A stretch of 64,000 bases of DNA from positions 1,056,001 to 1,120,000 of the forward strand of contig OZ245006.1 of the NCBI GenBank assembly GCA_965223545.1. Reading direction: 5' to 3'. The stretch is from Planctomycetota bacterium (GTDB taxonomy: Bacteria; Planctomycetota; UBA1135; UBA2386). The translations under genes were made by a program, and so were the position numbers. Positions 1-10,051 of this stretch are shown piece after piece. Each line of letters opens with the position of its first letter. Position 1 is the first letter of the stretch. Under the pieces are notes generated by a model that was given only the letters and a program-made list of their open reading frames with translations, was not told the DNA's origin and ran no database searches.

Positions 1-395
1 CAGGGAAACTCACCGCCGGCGCGCCGCGGTGGCTTCGCCAAGAGCTGGTCGTAGTCGAGCACCATGCCGGCACCGCACAGCTGCGCCGCGATCGAGGCGA
101 CTCTCCGCTCGTACACGTTGTCGCGCCACGCCGGGTAGTAGCGCCGCGGCAACATCACGTTGACGATCGCGTACTCCTCCCGCGGGCGACCGTAGTCGCC
201 CGACATGTCGCAGTAGTCGCGCCCCTCGACCTCGATCTCGCCGCGGAGAAACCGCTCGTAGACGACCTCGATCGCGCGCAGCTCGTCTTCGGCGAGGACG
301 CCGGAGAGGTGCACGTAGCCGTCCCGGGCGAACGCCGCCCGCTCGGCGTCAGTGATCCGGTACTGCGCGCCCTCGCGCCGCGATTCATCGGACAT
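1..395 (-). CDS. Phytanoyl-CoA dioxygenase (PhyH) family Fe(II)/2-oxoglutarate oxygenase, runs off the window edge
   Basis: Not in the ORF track; hand-translated from ATG 395: MSDESRREGAQYRITDAERAAFARDGYVHLSGVL...DYDQLLAKPPRRAGGEFP. The 'F..DGY..L.GVL' and 'DQLL.KPP..G.EFPW' motifs are typical of PhyH. Confidence 0.8.
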   Translation of the reverse strand, partial: MSDESRREGAQYRITDAERAAFARDGYVHLSGVLAEDELRAIEVVYERFLRGEIEVEGRDYCDMSGDYGRPREEYAIVNVMLPRRYYPAWRDNVYERRVASIAAQLCGAGMVLDYDQLLAKPPRRAGGEFP

Positions 396-445
396 GATCG
401 CGACGAATTGTACGCGCTCAGCGCGAGGCCGCAGCTCGCAAGAGC

Positions 446-2056
446 TCAGCGCGAAGCAAAGAACTCGAGCTCGAGTCCCGCGCTGCCCGAAGCGCCCATC
501 GGCGCACCCGGATCGAGCGACAGCGCCTGCAGGTAGAGCGACATCCCCGCCATCGAGGGCGTCGCCGGCACCTTTAGCGGCGCCGACCATGTCCCGCCGC
601 CGGCACCGGCACCTGCCAGCGGACCGATCGGCACGACCACCAAGGCGGGCGAACGCCCGACCTGCAGCGGCACGCCCAAGAACGGGAAGCCGATGCCCTG
701 GAAGGTGTCCATCGCGAGCGCGGTCTGCGCGCCGCCGAGGCCGTCGGCGATCGTCAGCGTCATGTTGGGGTTGCCGAGCATCGGCGGCTCGATGCCGATC
801 AGCCGCGGCTCGATGCCGCCACTGCCGGGCCCGCCCTGCCCGAACACCACCGGCTCGCGACCGGCCTGGGTGTACAGCGTGGGCGGATCGAACGGCGACA
901 GCTTGCCGGCGACGCGCGGGTCGGTCAGCCCGTTCTCGAGGAAGTCGAGCAGCGCGACCTTCTCGGTCACGGTCAAGCCGAGCGGCCGCATCTCCGGATC
1001 GAGGTTGTCGAAGAAGTCCCCGCCGCGGTCGTAGAAGTCGATGACCTCGGCCAGCGACTTGTGGCCGCCGTTGTGCATGAACGCGGTCCGCAAGCCGACG
1101 TTGCGCAGACCCGGGGTCTTGAACGCGCCCTTGTCGGCGGTGATGCCGGTGATCACGAAGCGCCCCAGATCCTCTGATGAGGGTCGCAGACCGATGTTGT
1201 GGTACTGATCGTCACGGAACAGCACGCCTTCGTGGCACTGGGTGCAGCGCCCCTTGTTCTCGAACACGTCCTTGCCGATCTGCTGCAGCGGCGTGAGCGT
1301 GTTCGTGTCGAAGGGAGTCTGATCCGAGATCAGCGTGCGCTCGTAGGCGGCGATCGCCATCACGATCCGCGCGGGCGTGATGCTGGGATCGCCGTACACC
1401 AGGTTGAACAGGTTGGCGTAGCTCTGGTTGCCGATCCACGTGCTGAGCGCCGGCGGCAGTGCGCTCGCCAACGCCAGCGGCTTTGAGGCGGCAACCCGCG
1501 CGGCGATGTCGCTCCAGGTGCGTCCCTGATGCGCCATCTCGGCGTCACTGGTCGGCGGCCCCTTGGCCTGGTTCTCGAGCGACGCGTCTTTCGGCAGCAG
1601 CACCTGTCCGGTCAACGGATCGGTGAAGGCACCGTCCTCGCGACCGTCCCAGAACTGCTCCGGGTTGTACGCCGCGTTGATCATGCTCGGCGCGGCGCGG
1701 CCGGTGACCTGGACGTCGAAGCCAAACTGCGCGTGGCCCAGATAGACGCCGCTGGCATCGTTGAGCGGCACGCCTGGCGAGCCGTTGATGTCGTCGCCGG
1801 TGCCGAACTGGCCGTCCGGCCCCGGGTTGACCGCGAACGCGGTCCGTGGATCGGCGCCACCGGCGTCCGGCCGGTGGCAGGTGCCGCAGGCGACCGTTCT
1901 CGTCGACGACAGCTGTTCGTCCCAGAACAGCACCTTGCCGAGGTTGGCCTTGTCTTGCGTCGTGGGATTGCCCGCCGGCGTCGGCACTGGCGGCAGCTGA
2001 GCGACCGCGCAGGGAGCGACGCCGAACAGGCACAGGGCAGCTGCGCTGAACTTCAT
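446..2056 (-). CDS. Di-haem cytochrome c peroxidase (CCP/MauG family) with extra C-terminal domain
   Basis: Signal peptide MKFSAAALCLFG...AVAQ; LGKVLFWD; two CxxCH motifs (CGTCH, CTQCH); QFWDGR; GAFKTPGLRNV; FMHNG. Start moved to ATG 2056. Confidence 0.9.
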   Translation of the reverse strand: MKFSAAALCLFGVAPCAVAQLPPVPTPAGNPTTQDKANLGKVLFWDEQLSSTRTVACGTCHRPDAGGADPRTAFAVNPGPDGQFGTGDDINGSPGVPLNDASGVYLGHAQFGFDVQVTGRAAPSMINAAYNPEQFWDGREDGAFTDPLTGQVLLPKDASLENQAKGPPTSDAEMAHQGRTWSDIAARVAASKPLALASALPPALSTWIGNQSYANLFNLVYGDPSITPARIVMAIAAYERTLISDQTPFDTNTLTPLQQIGKDVFENKGRCTQCHEGVLFRDDQYHNIGLRPSSEDLGRFVITGITADKGAFKTPGLRNVGLRTAFMHNGGHKSLAEVIDFYDRGGDFFDNLDPEMRPLGLTVTEKVALLDFLENGLTDPRVAGKLSPFDPPTLYTQAGREPVVFGQGGPGSGGIEPRLIGIEPPMLGNPNMTLTIADGLGGAQTALAMDTFQGIGFPFLGVPLQVGRSPALVVVPIGPLAGAGAGGGTWSAPLKVPATPSMAGMSLYLQALSLDPGAPMGASGSAGLELEFFASR

Positions 2057-2099
2057 CGCGATGGGTTCCAATTGAGAGGTGAGGCGAGGGGCGGTCGGG

Positions 2100-3374
2100 T
2101 CAGCGGATGTGCAGCCAGGCCGTGTTGCTGAGGGTGTTGCTGAGGGTGCTGCTGTTGGTGAGCACCGCCTGCAGCGCCAAGCTGGCACCCGCGAGGGCGC
2201 CGTTGTTGGGGATCGGGAAGGAGAGACTGCTCGTGCCATCGGCGCTGGTCGTCGCCGACTGGCCGATCTGCAGCAGGACGCTCGGATCCAAGCCCAAGGC
2301 GCCTCCGATGCCGAACAGAGTGAACGGCGGCGCCACCCCGACCGACAAGAAGTAGGTCGCGATCAGCGCACTCGGCGCGTTGGGGTTGACGCCCGACGCC
2401 TGCAGGTCGGCCGTGCCGCCGACCACCTCGTCGTCACCGACCAGAATGGCGGCCTCGGAGTGCATCAGGTGCCAGGCCGGCGAGATGTCGTGCGAAAAGT
2501 AGACGTAGCCGCCGGCGAAGCTGCCGCAGCACTGGTAGTCGGTCCGGTTAACCTGCACCACGGCCGGCGTGCTCGGGTCGAGGTCGCTGGCGATGACCGG
2601 ATCGGAATCGCCGACGAACGGCTGCGTGCGCGGCGAGACTTCGTCCGCCATCCACAGCATTTCGACGTCGCCATCGGCGCCGATGATCGGCGTCGGCGAG
2701 ATCGGCATCGCGCCGGCTTGCGCCGGGTTGGAGACGATCACCGGCGAGCCGGTCAGCGCCGCGGCGCCGAGGTCGATCGGCTGGCGGACGATGTTGGTGC
2801 CGTCGGTGTAGAAGACGTTCATCACCCCGCCGATCGGTCCGAGCGCCGGGTAGTAGCGGTTGCCGGCGGTGAAACCAGTCACCTGCACGGGGGCACCGAA
2901 CTGCGTGCCGACCGCGGCGCGGCTCGACAGGAAGACGCCGGTGGGACGCTCGAAGATCGCCCACAGACCGTCGGGACTGAGGTTGATGTGGCGCTCGTCG
3001 CTGGCCGAGTTCAGCGCCGCGGCCTCGTCGGTCACGCAGAAGGTGCCGAACGCGGGATCGAACTTGCCGATCACCACCCCCACCGAGCTGCCGGTGCCGC
3101 CGATCGTGCTCACCACGCCGGCGCAGCTGATCGCCAGGTTGGGCAGATCGTTGACCACCAGCGCGGTGGTCCACTCGCCGGGGAAGTTGTTCGACAGCTT
3201 GACGTGGAACACCTGCCGGATGTCGGCGCCGGGCACCGACGACGCGGAGCTGATGATGATCCAGCTCGGCGATGGCTTGAGGGTGAAACCGAGTCCGGTC
3301 TGGGCGGGCCCGAAAGTGCCCAGACATAGAGCGGCAGCGAGCCCGAGGAGGGCCCGAGGGGATGAATGCGTCAT
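2100..3374 (-). CDS. Secreted hypothetical protein (beta-rich) with lineage-type C-terminal domain
   Basis: AGGA upstream of ATG 3374; signal peptide MTHSSPRALLGLAAALCL...AQ; 'NLSPDGLWAIF' resembles a WD40/PD40 motif. Confidence 0.75.
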   Translation of the reverse strand: MTHSSPRALLGLAAALCLGTFGPAQTGLGFTLKPSPSWIIISSASSVPGADIRQVFHVKLSNNFPGEWTTALVVNDLPNLAISCAGVVSTIGGTGSSVGVVIGKFDPAFGTFCVTDEAAALNSASDERHINLSPDGLWAIFERPTGVFLSSRAAVGTQFGAPVQVTGFTAGNRYYPALGPIGGVMNVFYTDGTNIVRQPIDLGAAALTGSPVIVSNPAQAGAMPISPTPIIGADGDVEMLWMADEVSPRTQPFVGDSDPVIASDLDPSTPAVVQVNRTDYQCCGSFAGGYVYFSHDISPAWHLMHSEAAILVGDDEVVGGTADLQASGVNPNAPSALIATYFLSVGVAPPFTLFGIGGALGLDPSVLLQIGQSATTSADGTSSLSFPIPNNGALAGASLALQAVLTNSSTLSNTLSNTAWLHIR

Positions 3375-3619
3375 GGTTTCCTGAGGTTGGTGTGTGGTGG
3401 CGAAAAGGCCGCCGCCTTGCGCCGTAACCGACAACGCGGCAGACAGCCCGGTTCTTTCGCCGTGGCCCATTCGAGTCTATCCCACTCAGCGCGAGCGGCA
3501 AGCCGCCCTCGCAACGGACGCTCGGTCGCCGGTGGACATCCGCCGAAGCCCGCGGCCCGAATCTGGCCGGTTCTTCCCACGCCTCCGGGATGTTGCCGAG
3601 TCGCGCCGCGGAGATCGCC

Positions 3620-5068
3620 CTACCGCCCGGTGGCCCCGCCGCGCTTGGCCGCGCGCAGCCGCGCCGCCTCGGGGGCGCGCTTGTAGGCCTCATCCAGCGG
3701 GTAGCAGCCACTCGGGAGCCCCAGCCGAGCCGCCGTGGTGCAGTCACTGAGCGTGCGGCAGATCGCCCGGCGATCGAGCGGTCGGCCGGCGAGGACGTCG
3801 GCCGGCAGCCGCGGGTAGCTGAGCACCATGCGGCCGAGGCCGACGACGTCGACGTGGCCGCCGCCGACTTCGGCCTCGGCGACGTGCGGCAACCATTCCT
3901 GGAGGTAGCTGTAGCCGCTGCCGACGAACACCAGCTCCGGATGCGCGGCCTTGGCGGCGCGGACCGCACGGAGCTGGGCGGCGACTCCACGCAAAGGGTC
4001 TTCCGGCGGCGGGTAGCCGTCGTTGGGCGGATAGGCCGCCGGCCGCTGCAAGTGCGGACAGTAGTACGGCGAGCCGGCCGTGGCGTTGATCATCGTCACA
4101 CCGGCGTCGGCCAGCAACGCCAGCAGCCGCAGCGGCTCGCCGAGGTCGGTGCGCCGCGGATCGCCGGCGTCCACGCCAAAACCATGGCCATACGGGACGT
4201 GGTCCTGCCAGCCGACCGGCTCGCCCGTCCCGCTGGCCCCGACCGCGTGCGGAAACACGTCGATCAGCGAGAGCCGGACCGCCACCTCCAGTCCCGGACA
4301 CTCGCGCTGGATCGCGGCGATCAGATCCAGCACGAACCGGCTGCGTCGGGCAAACGAACCGCCGTATCGCCCTGGCCTGCCGCGCGCGCCGAGCAGCTCG
4401 TGCAGGAGATAGCCGTGGCAGCACTTGACGTCGACGAAGGCGAAGCCCGCGCGCTGCGCGGCGCGCGCCGCGGCCACGTAGGCGAGCGCGATGTCCTCGA
4501 GCTCGGCATCGGTCAACACCGCGGCGTCATCCGCGACGACGCGCGCGTCGAGCACCGGGTGGCGGTGGGCGATGCGCGGCGCGCGCATGCCGGGCTCCGG
4601 CTGTGACCAGCGCCCGGAGTGGGTCAGCTGCAGGCCGATCACCGGTGGTGCACCGCCGTGGCCGGCTTCGCGGTGCGCGTCGGCGGCCGCCGCGCGCAGC
4701 GCGGCGAGATCGGTGGCGGCGTCGCGCCCCGGCCACAGGCACAGCTGTGCTGGGTTGGCGCGGCCCGCGGCGCAGACGGCAAACGCCTCCCCACCCCAGA
4801 TCAACTTGGCACCGCTTTCGCCGAAGCGACGCCACCGGCGCAGAGTGCGGTCGGTTGGCCGCCCGTCCACGGTCGCGTCCCACCCCTCCATCGGATGGAT
4901 GGCGAACCGGTTGTCGAGCCGGCCGGCCGGCAGCGTCAGCGGCTCACCCAAAGGGCCATCCTTGCCCGACGGCTGCAACACACAGTCGAGATCGGGCGCC
5001 ACCGCGCGCCACTGGGCGCGAAACGCCGCCGCATCGCGGCAACGCCCCGGCGGCACGAACCGCGTCAC
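3620..5068 (-). CDS. NADH:flavin oxidoreductase (old yellow enzyme family)
   Basis: NRFAIHPMEGWD, GAKLIWGGEA, GLQLTHSGR, DVKCCHGYLLHELL, GLGRMVLSYP; GTG start overlaps the upstream TGA (GTGA). Confidence 0.88.
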   Translation of the reverse strand: MTRFVPPGRCRDAAAFRAQWRAVAPDLDCVLQPSGKDGPLGEPLTLPAGRLDNRFAIHPMEGWDATVDGRPTDRTLRRWRRFGESGAKLIWGGEAFAVCAAGRANPAQLCLWPGRDAATDLAALRAAAADAHREAGHGGAPPVIGLQLTHSGRWSQPEPGMRAPRIAHRHPVLDARVVADDAAVLTDAELEDIALAYVAAARAAQRAGFAFVDVKCCHGYLLHELLGARGRPGRYGGSFARRSRFVLDLIAAIQRECPGLEVAVRLSLIDVFPHAVGASGTGEPVGWQDHVPYGHGFGVDAGDPRRTDLGEPLRLLALLADAGVTMINATAGSPYYCPHLQRPAAYPPNDGYPPPEDPLRGVAAQLRAVRAAKAAHPELVFVGSGYSYLQEWLPHVAEAEVGGGHVDVVGLGRMVLSYPRLPADVLAGRPLDRRAICRTLSDCTTAARLGLPSGCYPLDEAYKRAPEAARLRAAKRGGATGR

Positions 5069-6252
5069 AGCTCGACGCGACGGCCTTCGGCGGCGGCCAC
5101 GTAGGCGGCGTAGACCACCCGGGTGACGTCGCGGCCCAGCGCGCCATCCGACCGCGTGCCGCGCCCCTCGGCCACCGCGCGGGCGAACTCCTCGCACATC
5201 GCGAGCTGACCCGAGGTCCAGTCCTCGTCCGGCATCGGCGTCGACCAACCGGCCGCGGTCGAGCTCTTCTCCATCAGGTAGGCATCGCCGAACACGGCCT
5301 CGGACGGCGCGTAGGCGCGCAGCATGTCGGTCGGGCTGAGGTTGCACTTCAGCTGGCAGTTGGAGGCGAACAGCTCGAGCTTGCTCTCCATGCCCCCCAA
5401 CAGCACGTCGCCGCCATAGGCGACGCCCCGCGAGCCGTCCTCGAACGAGAGGATCGCGCAGCCCCAGTTCTCCACGTCCTGCCAACCACCGGCGACGAAC
5501 ACCTCGTGGTCCTCGAGCGAGGCGATGCGACTCAGGTCGGAGACCTCGGCGGTCACCGCGACCGGGCGAATGGGAGCCCCACCGCGCGCCTCGCCCTCGG
5601 CGCGCTTGAGATCGAGCATCGCGCCGATCGGGTGCGCCGCCAAGCGCAACAAGGCGCCGCCGCCGGTGTAGCGCCAGATCTTCGAGTACGGCGAGTGCGA
5701 GCCGTTGTGGCCCTCCCAGCCGCGCATCTCGAGCAGCGTGCCGCCGCTCTTCTGCAGCAGCGCGCGGGCGCGTTGGATGGCCGGCGCGTACACCCAGTTC
5801 TCGCCGTACATCAGCTGCACGCCGTTCTGCGCTGCGGCATCGACCATCGCCTGAGCGTCGTCGACCGCGACCGCGAGCATCGTGCGGCGATCGCGCGCCG
5901 CGACCGCGGCGTCGTCGGCATCGGCCGGCAGATCCTGCCCCACGTAGGCGGACAGCGGCTTGGTGCAGATGACGTGCTTGCCGGCGGCGGCGCTGCGCTC
6001 GGCGAGCGGCCGGTGCAGCAAGTTGGGGACGCACAGATCGACGACGTCGACCTCGGGCAACGCCAGCAGCTCGTCGACGGCGGTGAACCAGCGCGGCACC
6101 GCGTGGCGCTCGGCGAAGCCGCGCGCGCTGTCCTCGCTGCGCGCCGCGACCGCCACCAACCGCGCCTCGACACCGCTGACCTTGGCGTAACAGCGCGCGC
6201 GCGTCTCGGCGAGAAACCCGGCGCCCACCAGCCCGATGCCGACCGTTCGCAT
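5065..6252 (-). CDS. Gfo/Idh/MocA family oxidoreductase
   Basis: Rossmann motif GIGLVGAGF, CVPNLLH, GKHVICTKP, GGGALL. Confidence 0.88.
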   Translation of the reverse strand: MRTVGIGLVGAGFLAETRARCYAKVSGVEARLVAVAARSEDSARGFAERHAVPRWFTAVDELLALPEVDVVDLCVPNLLHRPLAERSAAAGKHVICTKPLSAYVGQDLPADADDAAVAARDRRTMLAVAVDDAQAMVDAAAQNGVQLMYGENWVYAPAIQRARALLQKSGGTLLEMRGWEGHNGSHSPYSKIWRYTGGGALLRLAAHPIGAMLDLKRAEGEARGGAPIRPVAVTAEVSDLSRIASLEDHEVFVAGGWQDVENWGCAILSFEDGSRGVAYGGDVLLGGMESKLELFASNCQLKCNLSPTDMLRAYAPSEAVFGDAYLMEKSSTAAGWSTPMPDEDWTSGQLAMCEEFARAVAEGRGTRSDGALGRDVTRVVYAAYVAAAEGRRVEL

Positions 6253-6296
6253 GCGCGGAACGATACCGCCGGCGACCATCGAGGCGAGCCTCGGCC

Positions 6297-6566
6297 GTGA
6301 ACGCTATGATGCACGTCGTGGCTCTGAGCGAGTGCCCTCACTGCGGCGCCAGCTTTCGCAGCGGCCGCCTGGCGTGCCCCGAGTGCGGCAGCGATGCGCG
6401 CACCGGCTGGCGGGATGCCGAGGACATCGACTACCTGTCGACCGACATCCCCGACCTGCTCCCCGACGTCGACACGCCCCCGCCGGCGGTCCCCACCCTG
6501 CGGATCGCGCTGGTCGTCGCCCTGCTCATCGGGTTCGTGCTGGTGTTCGTGCTGCGATGGCGATGA
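6297..6566 (+). CDS. Small zinc-ribbon membrane protein
   Basis: CPHC-x10-CPEC followed by a C-terminal transmembrane helix; start may be ATG 6306 or 6309. Confidence 0.7.
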   Translation: MNAMMHVVALSECPHCGASFRSGRLACPECGSDARTGWRDAEDIDYLSTDIPDLLPDVDTPPPAVPTLRIALVVALLIGFVLVFVLRWR

Positions 6567-6828
6567 GCCCGCGAACACGACGCGCACGAGCCCCGTCGGT
6601 ACCCGCCGGCGACGGCCCCACCGCACCGCCGAATGCGCGACCGGCGGCGCGATGTGAGACCGGCGCGCGCGACCCGCCACGCGCGGTGTCGCACTTTCGG
6701 CCACAGCGCGCCTGATCCTCGTTGCCCCGTTCGACCGAAAGAGCTACGGGGACTGATGGCGGCCGGCAGCGTTCCGCCGCCGTGGCAGAGCCAGCGTCCC
6801 GACTTCCAAGCGCAGATCCGACTCCATC

Positions 6829-9306
6829 ATGTTCGACTCCATCCACGGCGCGATCTCACTCGGCCCGCTCGCGACTCTGGTCACCACTCTGCTCCTGGTC
6901 AGCGCACTCGGCTTTGCCGGCGCTCCACTGTTGGTCTGGAGCATCGGCCTGCTCGGCTGGCTCTGGCTGCTGGGCACGCCCGCGATCCTCGTCGCACTGC
7001 TCGCGATCCCCACCGTGCTGCTCAACCTGCCTCCGCTGCGGCGCATGCTGGTCACCGGGCCGGTGCTCCGCTTCATGAAGGCCAAGGGCTTCCTGCCGGC
7101 GATCTCCGACACCGAGCGGACCGCGATCGAGGCCGGCACGGTGTGGGTCGACAAAGAGCTGTTCAGCGGCAAGCCGGACTTCCGCCGGCTGATGCAGGAG
7201 CCGTACCCCGACCTCGACGCGAAGGCGCAGGCGTTCTTGGACGGACCGGTCGAGGAGGTCTGCCGGATGACCGACGACTGGCAGGCGTGGGTGCAGCGCG
7301 ACCTGCCGACCGAGGTCTGGGACTATCTCAAGGAGAACCGCTTCTTCGGCGTGATGATCCCCGAGGAGTACGGCGGCTTGGGGTTCTCGGCGTCGGCCAA
7401 CAGCGCGATCGTGCAGAAACTGTCGTCGCGCTCCTCGCCGCTCGGGATCAGCGTCATGGTGCCCAACTCGCTCGGCCCCGCCGAGCTGCTCATGCACTAC
7501 GGCACCGACGAGCAGAAGAAGCACTACCTGCCGCGACTCGCGCGCGGTGAGGAGATGCCGTGCTTCGCGCTGACCGAGCCCAACGCCGGCTCGGACGCGA
7601 CCTCGATCGAGAGCCGCGCGGTCGTGTTCCGCGGCGAAGACGGCCAGCTCTACCTCCGGCTCAACTGGAACAAGCGCTACATCAGCCTGGCGGCGATCGC
7701 CACGGTGATCGGCCTCGCGGTCCAGCTCGACGACCCGGACGAGCTGCTGGGCAAGGGCAAGTCGGTGGGCATCACCTGCGTGCTGGTGCCGCACGACACC
7801 GCGGGCGTCGAGCTCGGCATGCGCCACGATCCACTCGGCGTGCCGTTCTACAACTGCCCGACGGTGGGCCGCGACGTCGTCGTACCGCTCAGCTGCATCA
7901 TCGGCGGCGAGGCGGGCGCCGGCCGCGGCTGGCAGATGCTGACCGAGTGCCTGTCGGCCGGGCGTGGTATCTCGCTGCCGGCGAGCGCCACCGCCGGCGT
8001 CAAGGGCGTCGCCCGCGTCGCCTCGGCGCACGCGGCGGTGCGCAAGCAGTTCGGCTTGCCGATCGGCAAGTTCGAGGGCATCGAGGAGCCGCTGGCGCGG
8101 GTCGGCGGCTTCGCCTACTTGCTCGAGGCGGCCCGGCGCTACACCAACGGCGCGCTCGACGCCGGCGCCAAGCCGGCGGTGGTCACCGCGATCGCCAAGT
8201 ACAACACCACCGAGCTGGCGCGCATCGCGATCAACGACGGCATGGACGTGCTCGGCGGCAACGCGATCTCGCGCGGACCGCGCAACCTGCTGGCGCACGG
8301 CTACATCTCGATGCCGATCAGCATCACGGTCGAGGGCGCCAACATCCTCACCCGCACGCTGATGGTCTTCGGTCAGGGCGCGATCCGCTGCCACCCGTAC
8401 GCATACGCCGAGATCGACGCGCTCTCGCGCGGCGACGTGACCGCGTTCGACAAGGCGTTCACCAAGCACATCGGGCACGTGGTGCGCAACGGCTTCCGCT
8501 GCGTCCTCTTGGGTCTATCGCGCGGTTACCTGCAGCCCGCCGCGCTGACCGGCCCGGCGGCCGACGCGGTGCGCAAGCTCAACTGGGCGTCGGCACAGTT
8601 CGCCTTCTTGGCCGATCTGGCGATGGGCGGCCTCGGCGGCGACCTCAAGCGCAAGGAGAAGGTCACCGGCCGCTTCGCCGACGTGTTCTCCTGGCTCTAC
8701 CTGGGCACGGCGACCGTGCGCCGCTTCGAGGCGGAGGGGCGCCGCCCCGAGGACCTGCCGTTCTTCCAGTGGTCGATGGCCTACGCGCTGTCGCGCATCC
8801 AAGAGGCGTTCGACGGCCTGTACCAGAACCTCAACCTGCCGGGCGCGGGCTGGCTGCTGCGCGGCCCGGTCGCCCTGTGGTCACGGCTCAACCCGATCGG
8901 CATCGCACCGCCGGACTGGCTCGGCCACAAGGTCGCCGCGGCGATGCAGGTGCCGGGCGAGCTGCGCAACCGCCTCACCGCCGGCATCCACGTGCCCACC
9001 GACGCCGACGAGCCGCTCGGGCGGCTGGAGCAGGCCTTCCGCATGTGCGTCGAAGCCGATGCCGTGGTGCGCAAGATCAAGGACGCCATCAAGCAGAAGC
9101 AGCTGCCGAAGGCGCGCCCCGAGAGCTTGCTCGAGCAGGCGCAGACCGCCGGCATCATCACCGAGGCGGATGCCGTGCTGGTGCGCGACGCCGACGCGGC
9201 GCGGGCCGACGCCCTGGCGGTCGACTCGTTCACCCTCGACGACTACCTCCGGCTGGCGGGGGTGGAGCGCGACACCGAGCCCGCCCTCCACGCCGGGCAG
9301 GGCTGA
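6829..9306 (+). CDS. fadE: Long-chain acyl-CoA dehydrogenase (FadE type with DUF1974 C-terminus)
   Basis: ISDTERTAIEAGTVW, MVPNSLGPAELL, CFALTEPNAGSDA, ITVEGANILTRTLMVFGQGAIRCHPY; 825 aa with N-terminal transmembrane segment. Confidence 0.93.
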   Translation: MFDSIHGAISLGPLATLVTTLLLVSALGFAGAPLLVWSIGLLGWLWLLGTPAILVALLAIPTVLLNLPPLRRMLVTGPVLRFMKAKGFLPAISDTERTAIEAGTVWVDKELFSGKPDFRRLMQEPYPDLDAKAQAFLDGPVEEVCRMTDDWQAWVQRDLPTEVWDYLKENRFFGVMIPEEYGGLGFSASANSAIVQKLSSRSSPLGISVMVPNSLGPAELLMHYGTDEQKKHYLPRLARGEEMPCFALTEPNAGSDATSIESRAVVFRGEDGQLYLRLNWNKRYISLAAIATVIGLAVQLDDPDELLGKGKSVGITCVLVPHDTAGVELGMRHDPLGVPFYNCPTVGRDVVVPLSCIIGGEAGAGRGWQMLTECLSAGRGISLPASATAGVKGVARVASAHAAVRKQFGLPIGKFEGIEEPLARVGGFAYLLEAARRYTNGALDAGAKPAVVTAIAKYNTTELARIAINDGMDVLGGNAISRGPRNLLAHGYISMPISITVEGANILTRTLMVFGQGAIRCHPYAYAEIDALSRGDVTAFDKAFTKHIGHVVRNGFRCVLLGLSRGYLQPAALTGPAADAVRKLNWASAQFAFLADLAMGGLGGDLKRKEKVTGRFADVFSWLYLGTATVRRFEAEGRRPEDLPFFQWSMAYALSRIQEAFDGLYQNLNLPGAGWLLRGPVALWSRLNPIGIAPPDWLGHKVAAAMQVPGELRNRLTAGIHVPTDADEPLGRLEQAFRMCVEADAVVRKIKDAIKQKQLPKARPESLLEQAQTAGIITEADAVLVRDADAARADALAVDSFTLDDYLRLAGVERDTEPALHAGQG

Positions 9307-9368
9307 CGGCGGCGACCCGGGCAATGCCGGAGCCGCGACCGGCCTCCGCGGCGGGCTCTCGATTGGAT

Positions 9369-9395
9369 GAATCCAAGCGCCGCGCTCGAGCCGTA
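9369..9395 (+). promoter_or_regulatory. Candidate ECF-type autoregulatory promoter
   Basis: GAATCC-N17-CGTA about 60 nt upstream of the ECF gene; resembles the TGATCC...CGTA promoters of RpoE/ChrR systems. Confidence 0.35.
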
Positions 9396-9457
9396 TAGTC
9401 GGTGAGCGAGGCGCGCGTCTCGCCGCCTTTCCACGAAGCCCCATTGCCGAGGCCCCC

Positions 9458-10051
9458 GTGAGCTGTCCCGCCCGTCATAGCCAGCCGCCCCCGGACGCAC
9501 TGGGCGACTTGCTGCGCCGCGTAACGGCCGGCGACGAGCCCGCGCTCGCGACGCTCTACGACGCGACGGCGCGCTACGTGTACGGGCTGGCGCTGCGCGT
9601 CTTGGACGACGCCGGCGCCGCCGAAGAGGTCACCCTCGATGTCTACCAGCACATTTGGACCCGCGCCGACCAGTTCGATCGGCAGCGGGGCTCGGCGCAC
9701 GGCTGGATCCTGGCGATCGCGCGCAACCGCGCCATCGATCGGCGGCGGGCCCGCGCCGCGGCCGACCGGCGCGATGCCCAGCTCACCGAGCAGGGCAGCG
9801 ATCCCATGGACCCCCGACCGGACCCTCACACGCGCGCCATGTTGGCCGACCGCGGCGAACGCGTGCTCCGCGCGATGGACAGCCTGAGCGCGGAACAACG
9901 CGCGGTGATCGAGCTGGCGTTCTTCGCGGGCGAGAGCCACGGTCAGATCGCCACCCGCCTCCGCCTGCCGCTCGGCACCGTCAAGACCCGCATCCGTTGC
10001 GGCATCCGCCACCTGGCGCGGCTGCTGGCGCCGTTGGAGGACGACCGATGA
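9458..10051 (+). CDS. ECF RNA polymerase sigma factor (SigK/RpoE-like)
   Basis: GDEPALATLYD, AEEVTLDVY, WILAIARNRAID, LPLGTVKTRIR. Confidence 0.92.
   Translation: MSCPARHSQPPPDALGDLLRRVTAGDEPALATLYDATARYVYGLALRVLDDAGAAEEVTLDVYQHIWTRADQFDRQRGSAHGWILAIARNRAIDRRRARAAADRRDAQLTEQGSDPMDPRPDPHTRAMLADRGERVLRAMDSLSAEQRAVIELAFFAGESHGQIATRLRLPLGTVKTRIRCGIRHLARLLAPLEDDR

Noticed and set aside
2122..2154. 12-bp tandem repeat GTGTTGCTGAGG
   Set aside because: Short in-frame coding repeat (STLSNTLSNT); too few copies to imply phase variation.
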